This document shows, piece after piece, positions 1-9,240 of a DNA stretch of 64,000 bases. Positions within the stretch are counted from its first letter, which is position 1; each line of letters starts with the position of its first letter. The notes beneath the pieces are model-generated. The model saw only the letters and a list, made by a program, of their open reading frames with translations, was not told where the DNA came from and ran no database searches. Made by a program: the position numbers and the translations under genes. The stretch is from Bacteroidales bacterium (lineage in GTDB: Bacteria; Bacteroidota; Bacteroidia; Bacteroidales; UBA4181), in the NCBI GenBank assembly GCA_017523725.1, contig JAFWVY010000058.1, forward strand, positions 1-64,000, read 5' to 3'.

Positions 1-75
1 GGCCAGATTGCAGGCCGCGCCAGCCGGTTTCAGCATGACGTACATCGGACGTGCAAAGGGGGTGCTGACAGCCAT
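1..75 (-). CDS. Partial CDS, N-terminal 25 aa of a radical SAM protein (anaerobic sulfatase-maturating enzyme-like); the gene continues upstream of the window
   Basis: Reverse complement of 1..75 reads ATG (73..75) MAVSTPFARPMYVMLKPAGAACNLA... This matches the start of SPASM/anSME-type radical SAM proteins (MLKPxGxxCNLxC, the beginning of the CxxxCxxC cluster). Frame is open to the window edge. Confidence 0.35.
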   Translation of the reverse strand, partial: MAVSTPFARPMYVMLKPAGAACNLA

Positions 76-129
76 GGGAAATAGAATTCACAGAAAACAA
101 AAGCAGCCGGAAATGACTGCTTCTCTAGG

Positions 130-204
130 GTGGACCCAGTAGGGCTTGAACCTACGACTCCCTGATTATGAGTCAGGTGCTCTAACCAACTGAGCTATGG
201 GTCC
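130..204 (-). tRNA. tRNA-Met (anticodon CAT); elongator type, or possibly the lysidine-modified tRNA-Ile2
   Basis: Reverse complement GGACCCATAGCTCAGTTGGTTAGAGCACCTGACTCATAATCAGGGAGTCGTAGGTTCAAGCCCTACTGGGTCCACC. It has a 7-bp acceptor stem, a D-loop AGCTCAGTTGGTTAGAGC, an anticodon loop CTCATAA (anticodon CAT) and a T-arm GGTTCAAGCCC. The G1-C72 pair argues against an initiator tRNA. Confidence 0.85.
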
Positions 205-369
205 CGATATGCGGCAGACGACAAAAGCGCTTCCGCATTTTCGGCGCAAAACTACATTTTTACATGCGAACCACCAAAAAAAAGCGGAAAAGATTCCCCT
301 ACAGTCAGCCGGCGGATGCACGATACACCGAATCTGTGTATCTTTACCTGTTCAATATCATTTGTCCCC

Positions 370-894
370 ATGGATGACCCCACCCTGCACATTCCGCTCG
401 GCAGCCTGACACGGCCGCATGGCTACGACGGCGCCCTGCTGCTCGAATCGCCCCGCTATCTTCCCGACAGCGTCGCCGACCTGGAGACCGTCTTTATTTA
501 CATTGACGGCCTGCCTGTGCCGTTTTTCCCTGAGGACATCCGGCTGACAGGCGACAACACGGCGGTTCTCAAACTGGAGGACGTCGCCTCCGAGGCCTGC
601 CGGTCGCTGCTCGGTTGCGAAGTTTCCTGCCTGGCGGAGGATCTGCAGGATGACTATGATGCAGGCGAAGACGCCGCGGCATGGACCGGGTTCACGGTCC
701 GCGACGCCGGACTGCAGACCATCGGTATCCTTGACGACATCGAAGATTTCAACGGGAACATCGTGCTGCACGTCCGCACCGGCGAGGACGAAGTGCTGGT
801 GCCTTTCCATGAAGATCTGCTGGTCTCGCTCGACACGGAGCAGCGCATCCTCACGCTCGTCATTCCAGACGGGCTTCTTCCGGAAAAGGCATAA
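370..894 (+). CDS. rimM: 16S rRNA processing protein RimM
   Basis: ORF 316..894; internal ATG at 370 gives MDDPTLHIPLG... The C-terminal PRC-barrel-like region (GFTVRDAGLQTIGILDDIEDFNGNIVLHVRTGEDEVLVPFHEDLLVSLD) and the central LKLEDVASEACRSLLGCEV segment resemble RimM. It sits next to rpsP but is convergent with it. Confidence 0.75.
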   Translation: MDDPTLHIPLGSLTRPHGYDGALLLESPRYLPDSVADLETVFIYIDGLPVPFFPEDIRLTGDNTAVLKLEDVASEACRSLLGCEVSCLAEDLQDDYDAGEDAAAWTGFTVRDAGLQTIGILDDIEDFNGNIVLHVRTGEDEVLVPFHEDLLVSLDTEQRILTLVIPDGLLPEKA

Positions 895-930
895 AAAAAA
901 GGTTCTCTGACGGGAACCTTCTTTTTTTTT
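893..930. terminator. Bidirectional rho-independent terminator between the convergent rimM and rpsP genes
   Basis: A8 run, then hairpin aaggttc-tctgacgg-gaacctt, then T10 run (aaaaaaaaggttctctgacgggaaccttcttttttttt). It can terminate transcripts from either strand. Confidence 0.6.
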
Positions 931-945
931 CCAGCAAGAAATCCG

Positions 946-1515
946 CTATGCTTCCGGAGCAGCTTCGGCAGCAGCCTCAGCCTCGGCGGGCGCTTCTTCC
1001 GCAGCCGCTTCTTCGGATCCGGCGGCAGCTTCGGCCTCGGCCTCGGCAGCTTTCTGCGCCGCGATCTTCTCAGCCAATTTCTGCGCCATAGCTTCCTTCA
1101 CCTTGGTTTCTTCGGCCAGACGGGCCCGGCGGACGTCGGCTTCGGCCCTCTTGGCACCGGAAACCCGGGCCTCGAGCTTGGCGGCCTTTTCCTGCATCCA
1201 TTTGTCGAACCGCGCCTCGGCCACTTCCGTGGTGAACGCACCTTTCTTTACACCCTCGAGCAGGTGTTTTTTCATAAGAACACCCTGTCGCGAAAGGATA
1301 CTTCTGCAAGTATCGGTAGGTTGAGCGCCTTTCTGCAGCCAAGTAAGTGCACTGTCGAAATTCAGTTCGACAGTGGCAGGATTCGTATTGGGGTTGTAGA
1401 AACCCAAACGTTCGATATACTTGCCATCCCGTGGCGCCCTGCTATCAGCGACAACGATGTGGAAGAAAGCGGAACCTTTCTTTCCTTGTCTTGACAATCT
1501 GATTTTTACAGGCAT
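946..1515 (-). CDS. rpsP: 30S ribosomal protein S16 with a long Ala/Glu/Lys-rich C-terminal extension
   Basis: The N-terminus [44 protein letters not shown] is canonical S16. The 189 aa length comes from a low-complexity tail ([33 protein letters not shown]). ATG verified at 1515. Confidence 0.95.
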   Translation of the reverse strand: MPVKIRLSRQGKKGSAFFHIVVADSRAPRDGKYIERLGFYNPNTNPATVELNFDSALTWLQKGAQPTDTCRSILSRQGVLMKKHLLEGVKKGAFTTEVAEARFDKWMQEKAAKLEARVSGAKRAEADVRRARLAEETKVKEAMAQKLAEKIAAQKAAEAEAEAAAGSEEAAAEEAPAEAEAAAEAAPEA

Positions 1516-1606
1516 AACTATACGCTTAAAAGGTTATTTGACGGCGCGAAGGTACATCTATTTTTCAATTCCGCAAGCACAGCCCGCATTTTTTGTCCGG
1601 CAATGT

Positions 1607-1876
1607 TCACTGCCGGCAGCGGATCATGTCCCGTGCCAGATTCAGAATGGTATCGTCCACCAGCTCCACCACGCCCCCGTCGGGACCCTGTTCGATGCGC
1701 AGTCCTGCGCTTTCGCCATTCTGATAGTGAGATGCGCCGAAATAGTTGCGCACCGTGTCTTCTGTCAGGTGGAGCTGGTTGGCAATTACTTTCATGCTGC
1801 CCGGAGGGAGCGCGTCCTTGATTCTTCTGAGTTCGTTGAATGTGATGTACATGGGCGTGATGTTTTTCGTTTGCAT
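1607..1876 (-). CDS. Small hypothetical protein (89 aa), possible helix-turn-helix DNA-binding protein, co-oriented upstream of rpsP
   Basis: Clean ATG at 1876. No strong family call. Coding assignment rests on compact size and position directly upstream of rpsP. Confidence 0.45.
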   Translation of the reverse strand: MQTKNITPMYITFNELRRIKDALPPGSMKVIANQLHLTEDTVRNYFGASHYQNGESAGLRIEQGPDGGVVELVDDTILNLARDMIRCRQ

Positions 1877-2060
1877 ACTCCGGACGTCGCATCATCGGAC
1901 AAAGTCCGGGCATATGGCAGGTTCAGATAAATTAATTTGCTGATATACAGACGTTTGATTTTATACCGATTTTACGATAAAAATACAGATTTTTTATGAA
2001 CACAACGACATGGAGGCAAAAAAAAACAAATGAAAATTCCATCGGGAAGAAAATGATTCC

Positions 2061-2068
2061 TACCTTTG
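2061..2068 (+). promoter_or_regulatory. Candidate Bacteroidetes -7 promoter element (TAccTTTG) upstream of dtd
   Basis: tacctttg matches the Bacteroides sigma-AB -7 consensus TAnnTTTG, 45 nt upstream of the dtd ATG. No clean -33 TTTG was seen. Confidence 0.25.
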
Positions 2069-2112
2069 GAGCGTATTACGGCACGGCGGTCTGCCGGCCG
2101 GAAGTCTGTACC

Positions 2113-2565
2113 ATGAGAGTTGTCATCCAACGGGTCAAAGAAGCCTCCGTAAGCATTGCCGGCCAGACAACGGCGCAGATCGGACCGGGATTGCTGGTGC
2201 TCGCCGGATTCGAAGCCGACGACCGGCAGGAGGATCTCGAATGGACGGCTCACAAGATATTCAACATGCGGATTTTCAGCGATGATGAAGGAAAAATGAA
2301 CCGTGCGCTGAGCGATGTGAACGGCGAAATTCTCGTGGTCAGCCAGTTCACGCTTTTCGCCCAGACCAAGCATGGCAACCGGCCATCCTTCATCCGCGCC
2401 GCAGAACCGGCACACAGCAAACCCTGCTATGAGGCATTCACGGAAATGCTGCGCTGGATGAACCCCGGTGGCGTACAGACCGGCACGTTCAGCGCCAACA
2501 TGCAGGTCGCGCTGGTCAACGACGGCCCCGTCACCATCACCATGGATTCCAAAGCGCGCGAGTGA
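2113..2565 (+). CDS. dtd: D-aminoacyl-tRNA deacylase
   Basis: MRVVIQRVKEASVSIAGQ...GLLVLAGFEADD...SQFTLFAQTKHGNRPSF...PVTITMDSK is the classic Dtd fold sequence. Internal ATG at 2113; the upstream ORF extension is probably non-coding. Confidence 0.9.
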   Translation: MRVVIQRVKEASVSIAGQTTAQIGPGLLVLAGFEADDRQEDLEWTAHKIFNMRIFSDDEGKMNRALSDVNGEILVVSQFTLFAQTKHGNRPSFIRAAEPAHSKPCYEAFTEMLRWMNPGGVQTGTFSANMQVALVNDGPVTITMDSKARE

Positions 2566-3260
2566 TGATACCTGCCCAAGTCGAACTGCCCATGCAGGTC
2601 CGGCAGGAGATTCTGCCCGCGCCCTTGCTCATCGCCGTACTCTTCATGCTGGCACTGGCCGTGCTCATCAAGTCGAACTACGGGAAACTCCTGATCCAGG
2701 ACTTCAACATCTTCCTGCAGCGGGCCTACAACCTCAACACACGCTTCAACGACCGCGGCGGCATTTACCGCAACTACCTCTTCTGGTCCGATCTGCTGTT
2801 CGTGACGGCAGCCTCGGCTTTCATCCACCTGTGCAACCTGCGGTTCCATTGTTTCCCGCTCCGTCCCGAGGCAGCCCCGGTGACGCTGCCGCTGGCAGCA
2901 GTCGCCATCTATCTTTTTTACGTGACAAAACATTCCATTGCACGGGGATTCGGCGGGCTCATGCAGGCCGGCCAGCTGTTCCGCTCGTATTTGAGCTATA
3001 TGTGGCTCTCACTGCGCGTCCTGGGTATCCTGCTGGTTCCCTGCGTCCTGCTGCTGCCGTTTCTGCCCGTCTTGTGGGCCGGACGCCTCGTCATGGGCGT
3101 CTGCATCCTTTTTGCGCTGCTGGTCGTCATCCGCTGGACCAAAGGGTACACAAGGAATGTTGACGCCGGATTTTCGATTGTTTATTACATTTTGTATCTT
3201 TGCACTTTCGAATTTATACCGCTTCTGATTATATGGAAGCTTTGTGTATCAGCGGGTTAG
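2565..3260 (+). CDS. Multi-pass membrane protein, DUF4271-like (commonly paired with the HemD-like gene in Bacteroidetes)
   Basis: Hydrophobic throughout (LLIAVLFMLALAVLI, LFVTAASAFIHL, LLVPCVLLLPFLPVLWAG, ILYLCTFEFIPLLIIW). The ORF-track start at 2562 is a GTG; the ATG at 2565 overlaps the dtd stop. Confidence 0.55.
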   Translation: MIPAQVELPMQVRQEILPAPLLIAVLFMLALAVLIKSNYGKLLIQDFNIFLQRAYNLNTRFNDRGGIYRNYLFWSDLLFVTAASAFIHLCNLRFHCFPLRPEAAPVTLPLAAVAIYLFYVTKHSIARGFGGLMQAGQLFRSYLSYMWLSLRVLGILLVPCVLLLPFLPVLWAGRLVMGVCILFALLVVIRWTKGYTRNVDAGFSIVYYILYLCTFEFIPLLIIWKLCVSAG

Positions 3261-3323
3261 TATTTATTTTAAATACGTGGCGCGCATAGAATTGGACTAG
3301 GAATCCGGTTAATCCGTTGCACC

Positions 3324-4082
3324 GTGAGAGTGAAAAGAATTATTGTATCGCAACAGCAACCCAGCGATCTGGAGAAGTCTCCCTATTTTGAACTGGCCGA
3401 GAGGTATCATGTCAAAGTGGATTTCCGACCGTTCATCAAGGTCGAAGGAGTCACCGCAAAGGAATTCAGACAATACCGTATCGATATATTGGCACATACG
3501 GCTGTCATCTTTACCAGCAAGACAGCCATCGACCACTTCTTCCGCATCTGCGAGGAACTGCGTGTCACCGTTCCCGACACCATGAAGTACTTCTGCCTGT
3601 CGGAATCGATCGCCTTTTACCTGCAGAAATACATTGTCTATCGCAAACGCAAGATTTCCTACAGCAAGACGAATCTCGAGGAACTGATTGCCATCGTCCA
3701 CAAGCATCCGGACGAAAAAATCCTGCTGCCGCTTTCGGAGCCGCACAAGCCCGAGATTCCCAAGTCGCTGGAAAAACAGAAAATCAAGTTCACCAAAGCG
3801 GTTTTCTACCGCACGGTGCCCAGTGATCTTTCGGACGTTGCGATCGACGACTACGACCTCATCGTGCTTTACAGTCCTAGCGAGGTCAAGTCTCTCTTCC
3901 AGAATTTCCCCGAATTCGTCCAAGGCGAAAAGAAAATTGCCGCATTCGGAGCGGCCACGCTGAAAGCGCTGAAGGATCACCAGTTGCAGGCCGATGTCAG
4001 CGCACCGCAGCCCAAGGCGCCGTCCATGACCATGGCGTTGGACCAGTTTCTGAAAGAGAACGCCAAGGAAAGCAAGAAATAG
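3324..4082 (+). CDS. Uroporphyrinogen-III synthase (HemD)-like protein
   Basis: VRVKRIIVSQQQPSDLEKSPYFELAERYHVKVDFRPFIKVEGV...ILAHTAVIFTSKTAIDHFF...DLIVLYSPSEVKSLF matches the Bacteroidetes HemD-like family. The apparent start is a GTG at 3324 with no nearby in-frame ATG. Confidence 0.65.
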   Translation: MRVKRIIVSQQQPSDLEKSPYFELAERYHVKVDFRPFIKVEGVTAKEFRQYRIDILAHTAVIFTSKTAIDHFFRICEELRVTVPDTMKYFCLSESIAFYLQKYIVYRKRKISYSKTNLEELIAIVHKHPDEKILLPLSEPHKPEIPKSLEKQKIKFTKAVFYRTVPSDLSDVAIDDYDLIVLYSPSEVKSLFQNFPEFVQGEKKIAAFGAATLKALKDHQLQADVSAPQPKAPSMTMALDQFLKENAKESKK

Positions 4083-4091
4083 ATTCCGGCC

Positions 4092-4454
4092 ATGCCGTTC
4101 ACCCTTCGCCGCACCGGGCGCATCCGGCTCAAACGCCAGATAGAGCAACTGTTCAAAGAAGGACAGTCCATGCATGTTTATCCCATCCGGGCCCGCTGGC
4201 TGGATATTCCCTATGACGGCGTAACGGCACGCATGATGGTTTCCGTCCCGAAAAAAAACTTCAAGCGGGCCGTCGACCGCAACTTGATTAAACGCCGTAT
4301 CAGAAATGCCTATCGGCTGCACCGGGACGAACTCATCGTACCGGAAGACCGGACCCGGCATTTTGCGTTCGTATGCATAGCCAAAACGGTGCCGACATAT
4401 GCGGAAACAGAAGCCGCCATCCGGACCCTGCTGACAAATACGGCTGTCCGATGA
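4092..4454 (+). CDS. rnpA: Ribonuclease P protein component
   Basis: Basic 120-aa protein, [26 protein letters not shown]...[22 protein letters not shown]. It is followed by yidD with a 4-nt overlap, the conserved rnpA-yidD arrangement. Confidence 0.85.
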   Translation: MPFTLRRTGRIRLKRQIEQLFKEGQSMHVYPIRARWLDIPYDGVTARMMVSVPKKNFKRAVDRNLIKRRIRNAYRLHRDELIVPEDRTRHFAFVCIAKTVPTYAETEAAIRTLLTNTAVR

Positions 4455-4669
4455 AAATTTTCAGACAAATCTGCATCAAGTTGATCCGGTTCTATCAACT
4501 CAGCATTTCGCCGTTGCTGCCGCCTTCGTGCCGATACACGCCGACCTGTTCGCAGTACGCGATAGAAGCATTTCAGAAATATGGTGTATTCAAGGGCGGA
4601 TGGCTTACCCTGAAAAGGCTGCTGCGCTGCCATCCGTGGGGTGGAAGCGGATACGATCCCGTTCCTTAG
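4451..4669 (+). CDS. yidD: Membrane protein insertion efficiency factor YidD
   Basis: [72 protein letters not shown] is the canonical YidD sequence. Start ATG at 4451 inside the longer ORF 4373..4669. Confidence 0.9.
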   Translation: MKIFRQICIKLIRFYQLSISPLLPPSCRYTPTCSQYAIEAFQKYGVFKGGWLTLKRLLRCHPWGGSGYDPVP

Positions 4670-4834
4670 CTTAGAAGCTGTTTGGATTTAATCCGCTGGT
4701 TTTCTTAAGGCATATATACGGCATCTTTTCCTCCTTTTTCAGTTACAATGGAACCCCATTGTGCCCTTAAAAAGAAGAAAAATCTGCTCGTCTATCTGCA
4801 TAATAAATTCCAGCAATCAAATTCAATCGGCTTC

Positions 4835-5287
4835 TTAATCTTCGTCGGGCATGGCGTCGTACGTCTCCTCCATGTCGTTGTGCAGGGCTACCATGCGGAT
4901 GGCCGTTTCGGCCGCTTCGGCCCCCTTGTTGCCCACCGCGCCGCCGGCACGCGCCAGCGCCTGTTCCAGATTCAGCGTGGTCAGCACCCCGAAGATGACG
5001 GGAATGTCTTCATACTGGATGGCCAGTTTGGTCAGACCGTACGAAACACTTTGGCAGATATAGGAAAAATGCGGCGTTTCGCCCTGGATGACACAGCCAA
5101 GACAAACGACTGCATCGACCTGTCCGTACAGGATCATCCACTGTGCGCCGGAAGTCAGCTCGAAACTGCCCGGCACATGGCGCACCACGACATCGGCGCC
5201 CTGGGCTTCCAGCACTTCCAATGCGCCGGATTCCAGTCTGCCGGTCACTTCGCTGTGCCAGTCGGCAACAACAACGCCGATACGCAT
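4835..5287 (-). CDS. ribH: 6,7-dimethyl-8-ribityllumazine synthase
   Basis: MRIGVVVADWHSEVTGRLESGALEVL...VVRHVPGSFELTSGAQ...AVVCLGCVIQGETPHFSYICQSVSYGLTKL is the RibH family. Start chosen at the internal ATG 5287; the 18-aa upstream extension is unlikely to be coding. Confidence 0.9.
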   Translation of the reverse strand: MRIGVVVADWHSEVTGRLESGALEVLEAQGADVVVRHVPGSFELTSGAQWMILYGQVDAVVCLGCVIQGETPHFSYICQSVSYGLTKLAIQYEDIPVIFGVLTTLNLEQALARAGGAVGNKGAEAAETAIRMVALHNDMEETYDAMPDED

Positions 5288-5345
5288 ATTCCCGGCATAC
5301 GGCAACGGGCCGGCCGGGGACGGGGAATTCGGTGTGGACATGGTC

Positions 5346-6038
5346 TTACTTTACACCGGCGAGCTGCTGCACGCGGGTGATGTATTTTTCGATGTTGCGG
5401 CCTTCGGAGCTCGCAGGATAATCGCGTTCGATTCTCTGGTAAAGCGAAAGCGCCTCGTCATAACGGGAAAGTTTCTCGCACAGCAGGCCCGCCCGGAAGA
5501 GATACACGGGTGCCGTCAAGTCGTTCACTTTGGTTTCAGCCGCCTTCATATAGCAGCTGAGGGCATCCGCTGTATTGCCCATTTCGGCATATGCGTCACC
5601 GAGTGCGCCGACCGCGATGCTCGAAATCATGACATCCTTGCCTTTGTATTTTTTCAGATATTCCGCAGCCTTTTCGTACTCACCCAGATTAAGATAGCTG
5701 ATGCCGGCATAGTAGTTGGCCAGCTTGCCGGAGGGCGTTCTGCCGTATTCGTCGATGATATCCAGGAAACCGGGGTTGTTGCCGTCGCCGTTCAGCGCCA
5801 ACTGCAGGGAATCCGCCGCAAAATAACGCTCCGCAGGGAACATCTGCACAGCCGCTTCCGCCCGGCGCGGAACGACATAATAACGGTGAATCGCAACGAT
5901 GCCTACGGCGCATACCAGCACCGCCAGCACTACGTTGGTCAATATCTTCTGGTTTCTCAGCACAAACGATTCGGCCTGCGTCAATGCGCTTTCGACGTTC
6001 TCCATCTGTGTCGTTGCAGAATCTTTCTTCTTGTCCAT
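5346..6038 (-). CDS. TPR-repeat membrane-anchored protein, upstream of and co-oriented with ribH
   Basis: N-terminal TM helix (ILTNVVLAVLVCAVGIVAI) followed by TPR-like repeats (YYAGISYLNLGEYEKAAEYLKKY, GDAYAEMGNTADALSCYMKAAE, YDEALSLYQRIERDYP). Confidence 0.7.
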   Translation of the reverse strand: MDKKKDSATTQMENVESALTQAESFVLRNQKILTNVVLAVLVCAVGIVAIHRYYVVPRRAEAAVQMFPAERYFAADSLQLALNGDGNNPGFLDIIDEYGRTPSGKLANYYAGISYLNLGEYEKAAEYLKKYKGKDVMISSIAVGALGDAYAEMGNTADALSCYMKAAETKVNDLTAPVYLFRAGLLCEKLSRYDEALSLYQRIERDYPASSEGRNIEKYITRVQQLAGVK

Positions 6039-6108
6039 AACAGGTCTGCCTAATTAAAAAACGCGCAAATATAAGACATTTGTCAAAAACAATCGGCCAG
6101 CGGACGAA

Positions 6109-7914
6109 TTATTTCAACGTCCAGTCCACTTCGGTCGTGAAGCTCGACTGCGTGGTGATTGGATCTTCATAAACATCGACTTTTTCCGGCTGAATGCCTT
6201 TCAGGTAGTTGCCCGTGTCCCATTTCCCGTTGGCATTGTTGTCGTAAACAGCTTTCAACGTGTACTGCCCGGGCGGCAGGTAGGCGATATTCAGCACACC
6301 GCTCTTGTCAACCTCCAACTGCTTGAAAACTTTATCTCTGCCTTGCTGGAACACTTGTATCAGCGTATGCCCCTGCACATTGTGCAACGCAACCTGGATA
6401 TTCGAATAGAAATCGAGTGACTGGACCGTGATACGGATGACCGTCGAGTCGTTGTGTACGCCGTACACGCTGGTGAAAGCCATGGTGTCGGCAACGAACC
6501 GATAGTTTTTCTGTTCCTGGAAAGACCAGTCAACGGCATACCGGAGCAAGTCTGCCGAATCCTGTACGAGTTGGAATTCCACCGGTTTCGAGACTGTATC
6601 CGAAACCACCTCGGAAAGCTGCAGCCGCTGTCTGTCGATGGCTGCAACAGGTTGCGACACGCGCAGATAGAAACGCCCGTTGAGCGCCAGCGGTCCGCCG
6701 TCCGCATTGGAACTGAGCCTCAGCTGCTCGTCCGCACGTTTCGGATCAGGCTGGTTCTGTTGCCGGCGTCTGCCTCTCCCCGTCGTCGCCGCGGGAGCCG
6801 CCGCCGCTTCGGCCTGCATGCGCAGCGTATCGGTACGCGCCACCGTCGTTTTCAGAGAATCGACCGTCACAGGTGAAGTCAATGCCACCCGTACCATGGG
6901 AGTGGTAACCAGTGTCGTGTCGAGAATCCAGTATGTCACAGTGTCCCGGCCGGCAGACAGGAACGGCAGGAAAGGCGCCGGCTCTATCAGCGTATCGACC
7001 AATGCGATGCCGGGCACGCTGTCCAGCGGCATATTGAAAGTATAGACCAGACGGTTAGGATCCGGCCGCGTATAAGACGTACGGTACTGCCGCGTCTTTT
7101 CCTCCTGGAACAGGAAAAGGTCGAGCCGGTGCGGTACCTGTTCCGGCGTTTTTTCCTTGATGGAGTCGGTATGGAACACGGCCGCCTCCTCCGTGCTCCG
7201 CAGACAGCCGGCATCAATGACAATCAGCGTATCCAAAAAGGCAATCCGCTCGTCCGGTACGCCGAACAGCATGTCATCGCCCACATCCTCCAGCACGAAA
7301 ATCATGAACGTGTCCGCCCGGAGATGGTTGAACTCAAAGAATCCGTACGCATCCGCACGGGCAATGTAAGCCGGTCGTTCAAGATAGGGGATGGAATCCC
7401 GGATGTCATTGTACAGCATGACCTTGATGTCGGCGCCATCCTTCTTCGCCGGCGCCTTGCCGGTGAAAGCCTCCAGCACCCGCCCCGTCAACGACAGCGA
7501 ATCGATCCGGTCGGAGGTGGAGAAGACATACTCGAAGAACCCCATTTTGTTATTCTCGTTGTTGTCAACGATAGTCTCCCCGAAACTCATCGTATAGGTG
7601 TACCCCGGTACAGGGTCTTCGGGCAGCTTGATCCGGATATACTTGCCGTAAAGCACCACCTCCGGTTTCTCGGACATGGGCGGCGAAACGATGAAAGTCG
7701 AGTTGATGTTCTGCAGTTTGACGTATTCGTCGAAGAAGATGTCGATGCGCCGGGCCGAAAAACCGGTGCTGTTCATGGCCGGTTCGGCATACAGGAAGAC
7801 GGGGGGAATGGTATCGCGCAGGCCGCCGGTCAGTGTCGATGACTGACGGGCGCAATACGGCAGGCAAAACAGCACGCCGCACAGGATGGACGTTATTTTC
7901 AGGATTCTTCCCAT
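6109..7914 (-). CDS. Large hypothetical lipoprotein with Ig-like/beta-sandwich repeats and a DUF2141-like C-terminus
   Basis: ORF 6109..8292; real start most likely the ATG at 7914 (MGRILKITSILCGVLFCLPYCARQS, a signal peptide with lipobox Cys). Start 7914 also avoids overlap with the U32 gene ending at 7992. C-terminal GQYTLKAVYDNNANGKWDTGNYLKGIQPEKV resembles DUF2141. Contains an Ala/Arg-rich linker AEAAAAPAATTGRGRRRQQNQ. Confidence 0.6.
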   Translation of the reverse strand: MGRILKITSILCGVLFCLPYCARQSSTLTGGLRDTIPPVFLYAEPAMNSTGFSARRIDIFFDEYVKLQNINSTFIVSPPMSEKPEVVLYGKYIRIKLPEDPVPGYTYTMSFGETIVDNNENNKMGFFEYVFSTSDRIDSLSLTGRVLEAFTGKAPAKKDGADIKVMLYNDIRDSIPYLERPAYIARADAYGFFEFNHLRADTFMIFVLEDVGDDMLFGVPDERIAFLDTLIVIDAGCLRSTEEAAVFHTDSIKEKTPEQVPHRLDLFLFQEEKTRQYRTSYTRPDPNRLVYTFNMPLDSVPGIALVDTLIEPAPFLPFLSAGRDTVTYWILDTTLVTTPMVRVALTSPVTVDSLKTTVARTDTLRMQAEAAAAPAATTGRGRRRQQNQPDPKRADEQLRLSSNADGGPLALNGRFYLRVSQPVAAIDRQRLQLSEVVSDTVSKPVEFQLVQDSADLLRYAVDWSFQEQKNYRFVADTMAFTSVYGVHNDSTVIRITVQSLDFYSNIQVALHNVQGHTLIQVFQQGRDKVFKQLEVDKSGVLNIAYLPPGQYTLKAVYDNNANGKWDTGNYLKGIQPEKVDVYEDPITTQSSFTTEVDWTLK

Positions 7915-7991
7915 GGAACCGATAGCGCCTGCAAACATAACCGAATTTAACCTAATGCGCAAATCCGGAGGGCGTCGGACAAACAAAAAAG

Positions 7992-9239
7992 TCATTCCGT
8001 GACCGGGACCATGCGGTAGAGACGGTCGCCGCGGCGGACTCTCTGCGGCACAGGCATGGAGCAGACCGACCCCTTCTGTACGGCCGGAACCGGTGACACG
8101 TCGGTGCGGAGTTCCTGTACGGACATCTCCACCACGCCGGTCGTCGGGCCCGTCACAATGACCTTCTCCCCGACCGACAGTCCGTCGGCCTCCATCAGGA
8201 ATTCGCCGACACCCGGCCGTGGGAAATAATTGGTGCAGCGGCCCGCATAGACTTTCTTCACAGTGGCGGCCGAACCATACTGCGTGGTCCATTCCCCAAG
8301 CCGCCGGCCCAGATAGTAACCATCCCAGAAGCCACGGTTGAACACCGTGCGGAGACGCCCGGTCCAGGCGGCGGTCTTTTCAGGAGTGAACGTCCCGTCA
8401 CACCAGGCACGGACAGCTTCGTCGTAGCACGCCGTCACCGTCCGCACATACTCCGGCGCACGGGCACGGCCCTCAATCTTGAGTACCGTCACACCGGCGT
8501 CCAGCATCCGGTCCAGAAAACCTATCGTGCACAAATCCTTCGGAGACATGATGTATTTCCCTTCGACATCCAGTTCCGCCCCCGTGTCGCGGTCGGTCAC
8601 CGTATAGGCGTGCCGGCACACCTGCACGCACGCGCCGCGGTTGGCCGAACGGTTGTACTCGTGCAAGCTCAGGTAACATTTGCCGGAAACAGCCATGCAA
8701 AGAGCCCCGTGGCAGAACATCTCGATCCGGACTTTCCGGCCGGAAGGACCGGTAATCGGACCACGGTCGACGGCATCACAGATAACCTTTGCCTGTGCAA
8801 GGCTGACTTCACGGGCCAGCACCATCACGTCGCAGAACTGCGCGAAAAACCGCACCGCCTCCGTATTGGCGATATTAAGCTGCGTCGATGCATGGAGTTC
8901 CATGCCGACGGCCCGGGCATACATAATGGCCGCCATGTCCGACACGATCAGCGCATCCACGCCGCACTGCCGGACCGCATCCACCATGCAGTGCATCTCC
9001 GTCACATCGTCGTCGAACAATACCGTGTTGAGCGTCATATAAGCCCTGGCACCGTGCCGGTGGCACAGGTCAACGATACCGGGCAGGTCGGCCGCGGTGA
9101 AATTGGCTGAGGAAGCCTGTCGCATGTTCAGGGCACCGATACCGAAATATACCGCATCCGCACCGCCGTCCAGCGCAGCGTGCAGAGATTCGTACGAGCC
9201 GGCCGGCGCCATGAGTTCTATGTCGTTGCGTGTCTTCAT
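7992..9239 (-). CDS. Peptidase U32 family protein (collagenase-like, YhbU/PrtC family)
   Basis: IELMAPAGSYESLHAALDGGADAVYFG...ASTQLNIANTEAV...EVSLAQAK...KCYLS is the U32 signature region. ATG verified at 9239. Confidence 0.8.
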   Translation of the reverse strand: MKTRNDIELMAPAGSYESLHAALDGGADAVYFGIGALNMRQASSANFTAADLPGIVDLCHRHGARAYMTLNTVLFDDDVTEMHCMVDAVRQCGVDALIVSDMAAIMYARAVGMELHASTQLNIANTEAVRFFAQFCDVMVLAREVSLAQAKVICDAVDRGPITGPSGRKVRIEMFCHGALCMAVSGKCYLSLHEYNRSANRGACVQVCRHAYTVTDRDTGAELDVEGKYIMSPKDLCTIGFLDRMLDAGVTVLKIEGRARAPEYVRTVTACYDEAVRAWCDGTFTPEKTAAWTGRLRTVFNRGFWDGYYLGRRLGEWTTQYGSAATVKKVYAGRCTNYFPRPGVGEFLMEADGLSVGEKVIVTGPTTGVVEMSVQELRTDVSPVPAVQKGSVCSMPVPQRVRRGDRLYRMVPVTE

Positions 9240-9240
9240 G

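Noticed and set aside
316-894. Concern that the rimM call is wrong because it is convergent with rpsP rather than downstream in an rpsP-rimM-trmD operon.
   Set aside because: Sequence features (PRC-barrel C-terminus, central motif) still fit RimM. The orientation is unusual but does not outweigh the homology. Kept with moderate confidence.
7915-8292. N-terminal 126-codon extension of the 6109..8292 ORF (MDHAVWFGRHCEES...).
   Set aside because: The extension overlaps the 3' end of the convergently placed U32 gene (7992..9239) on the same strand and is Arg/Gly-rich low complexity. An internal ATG at 7914 gives a textbook lipoprotein signal peptide.
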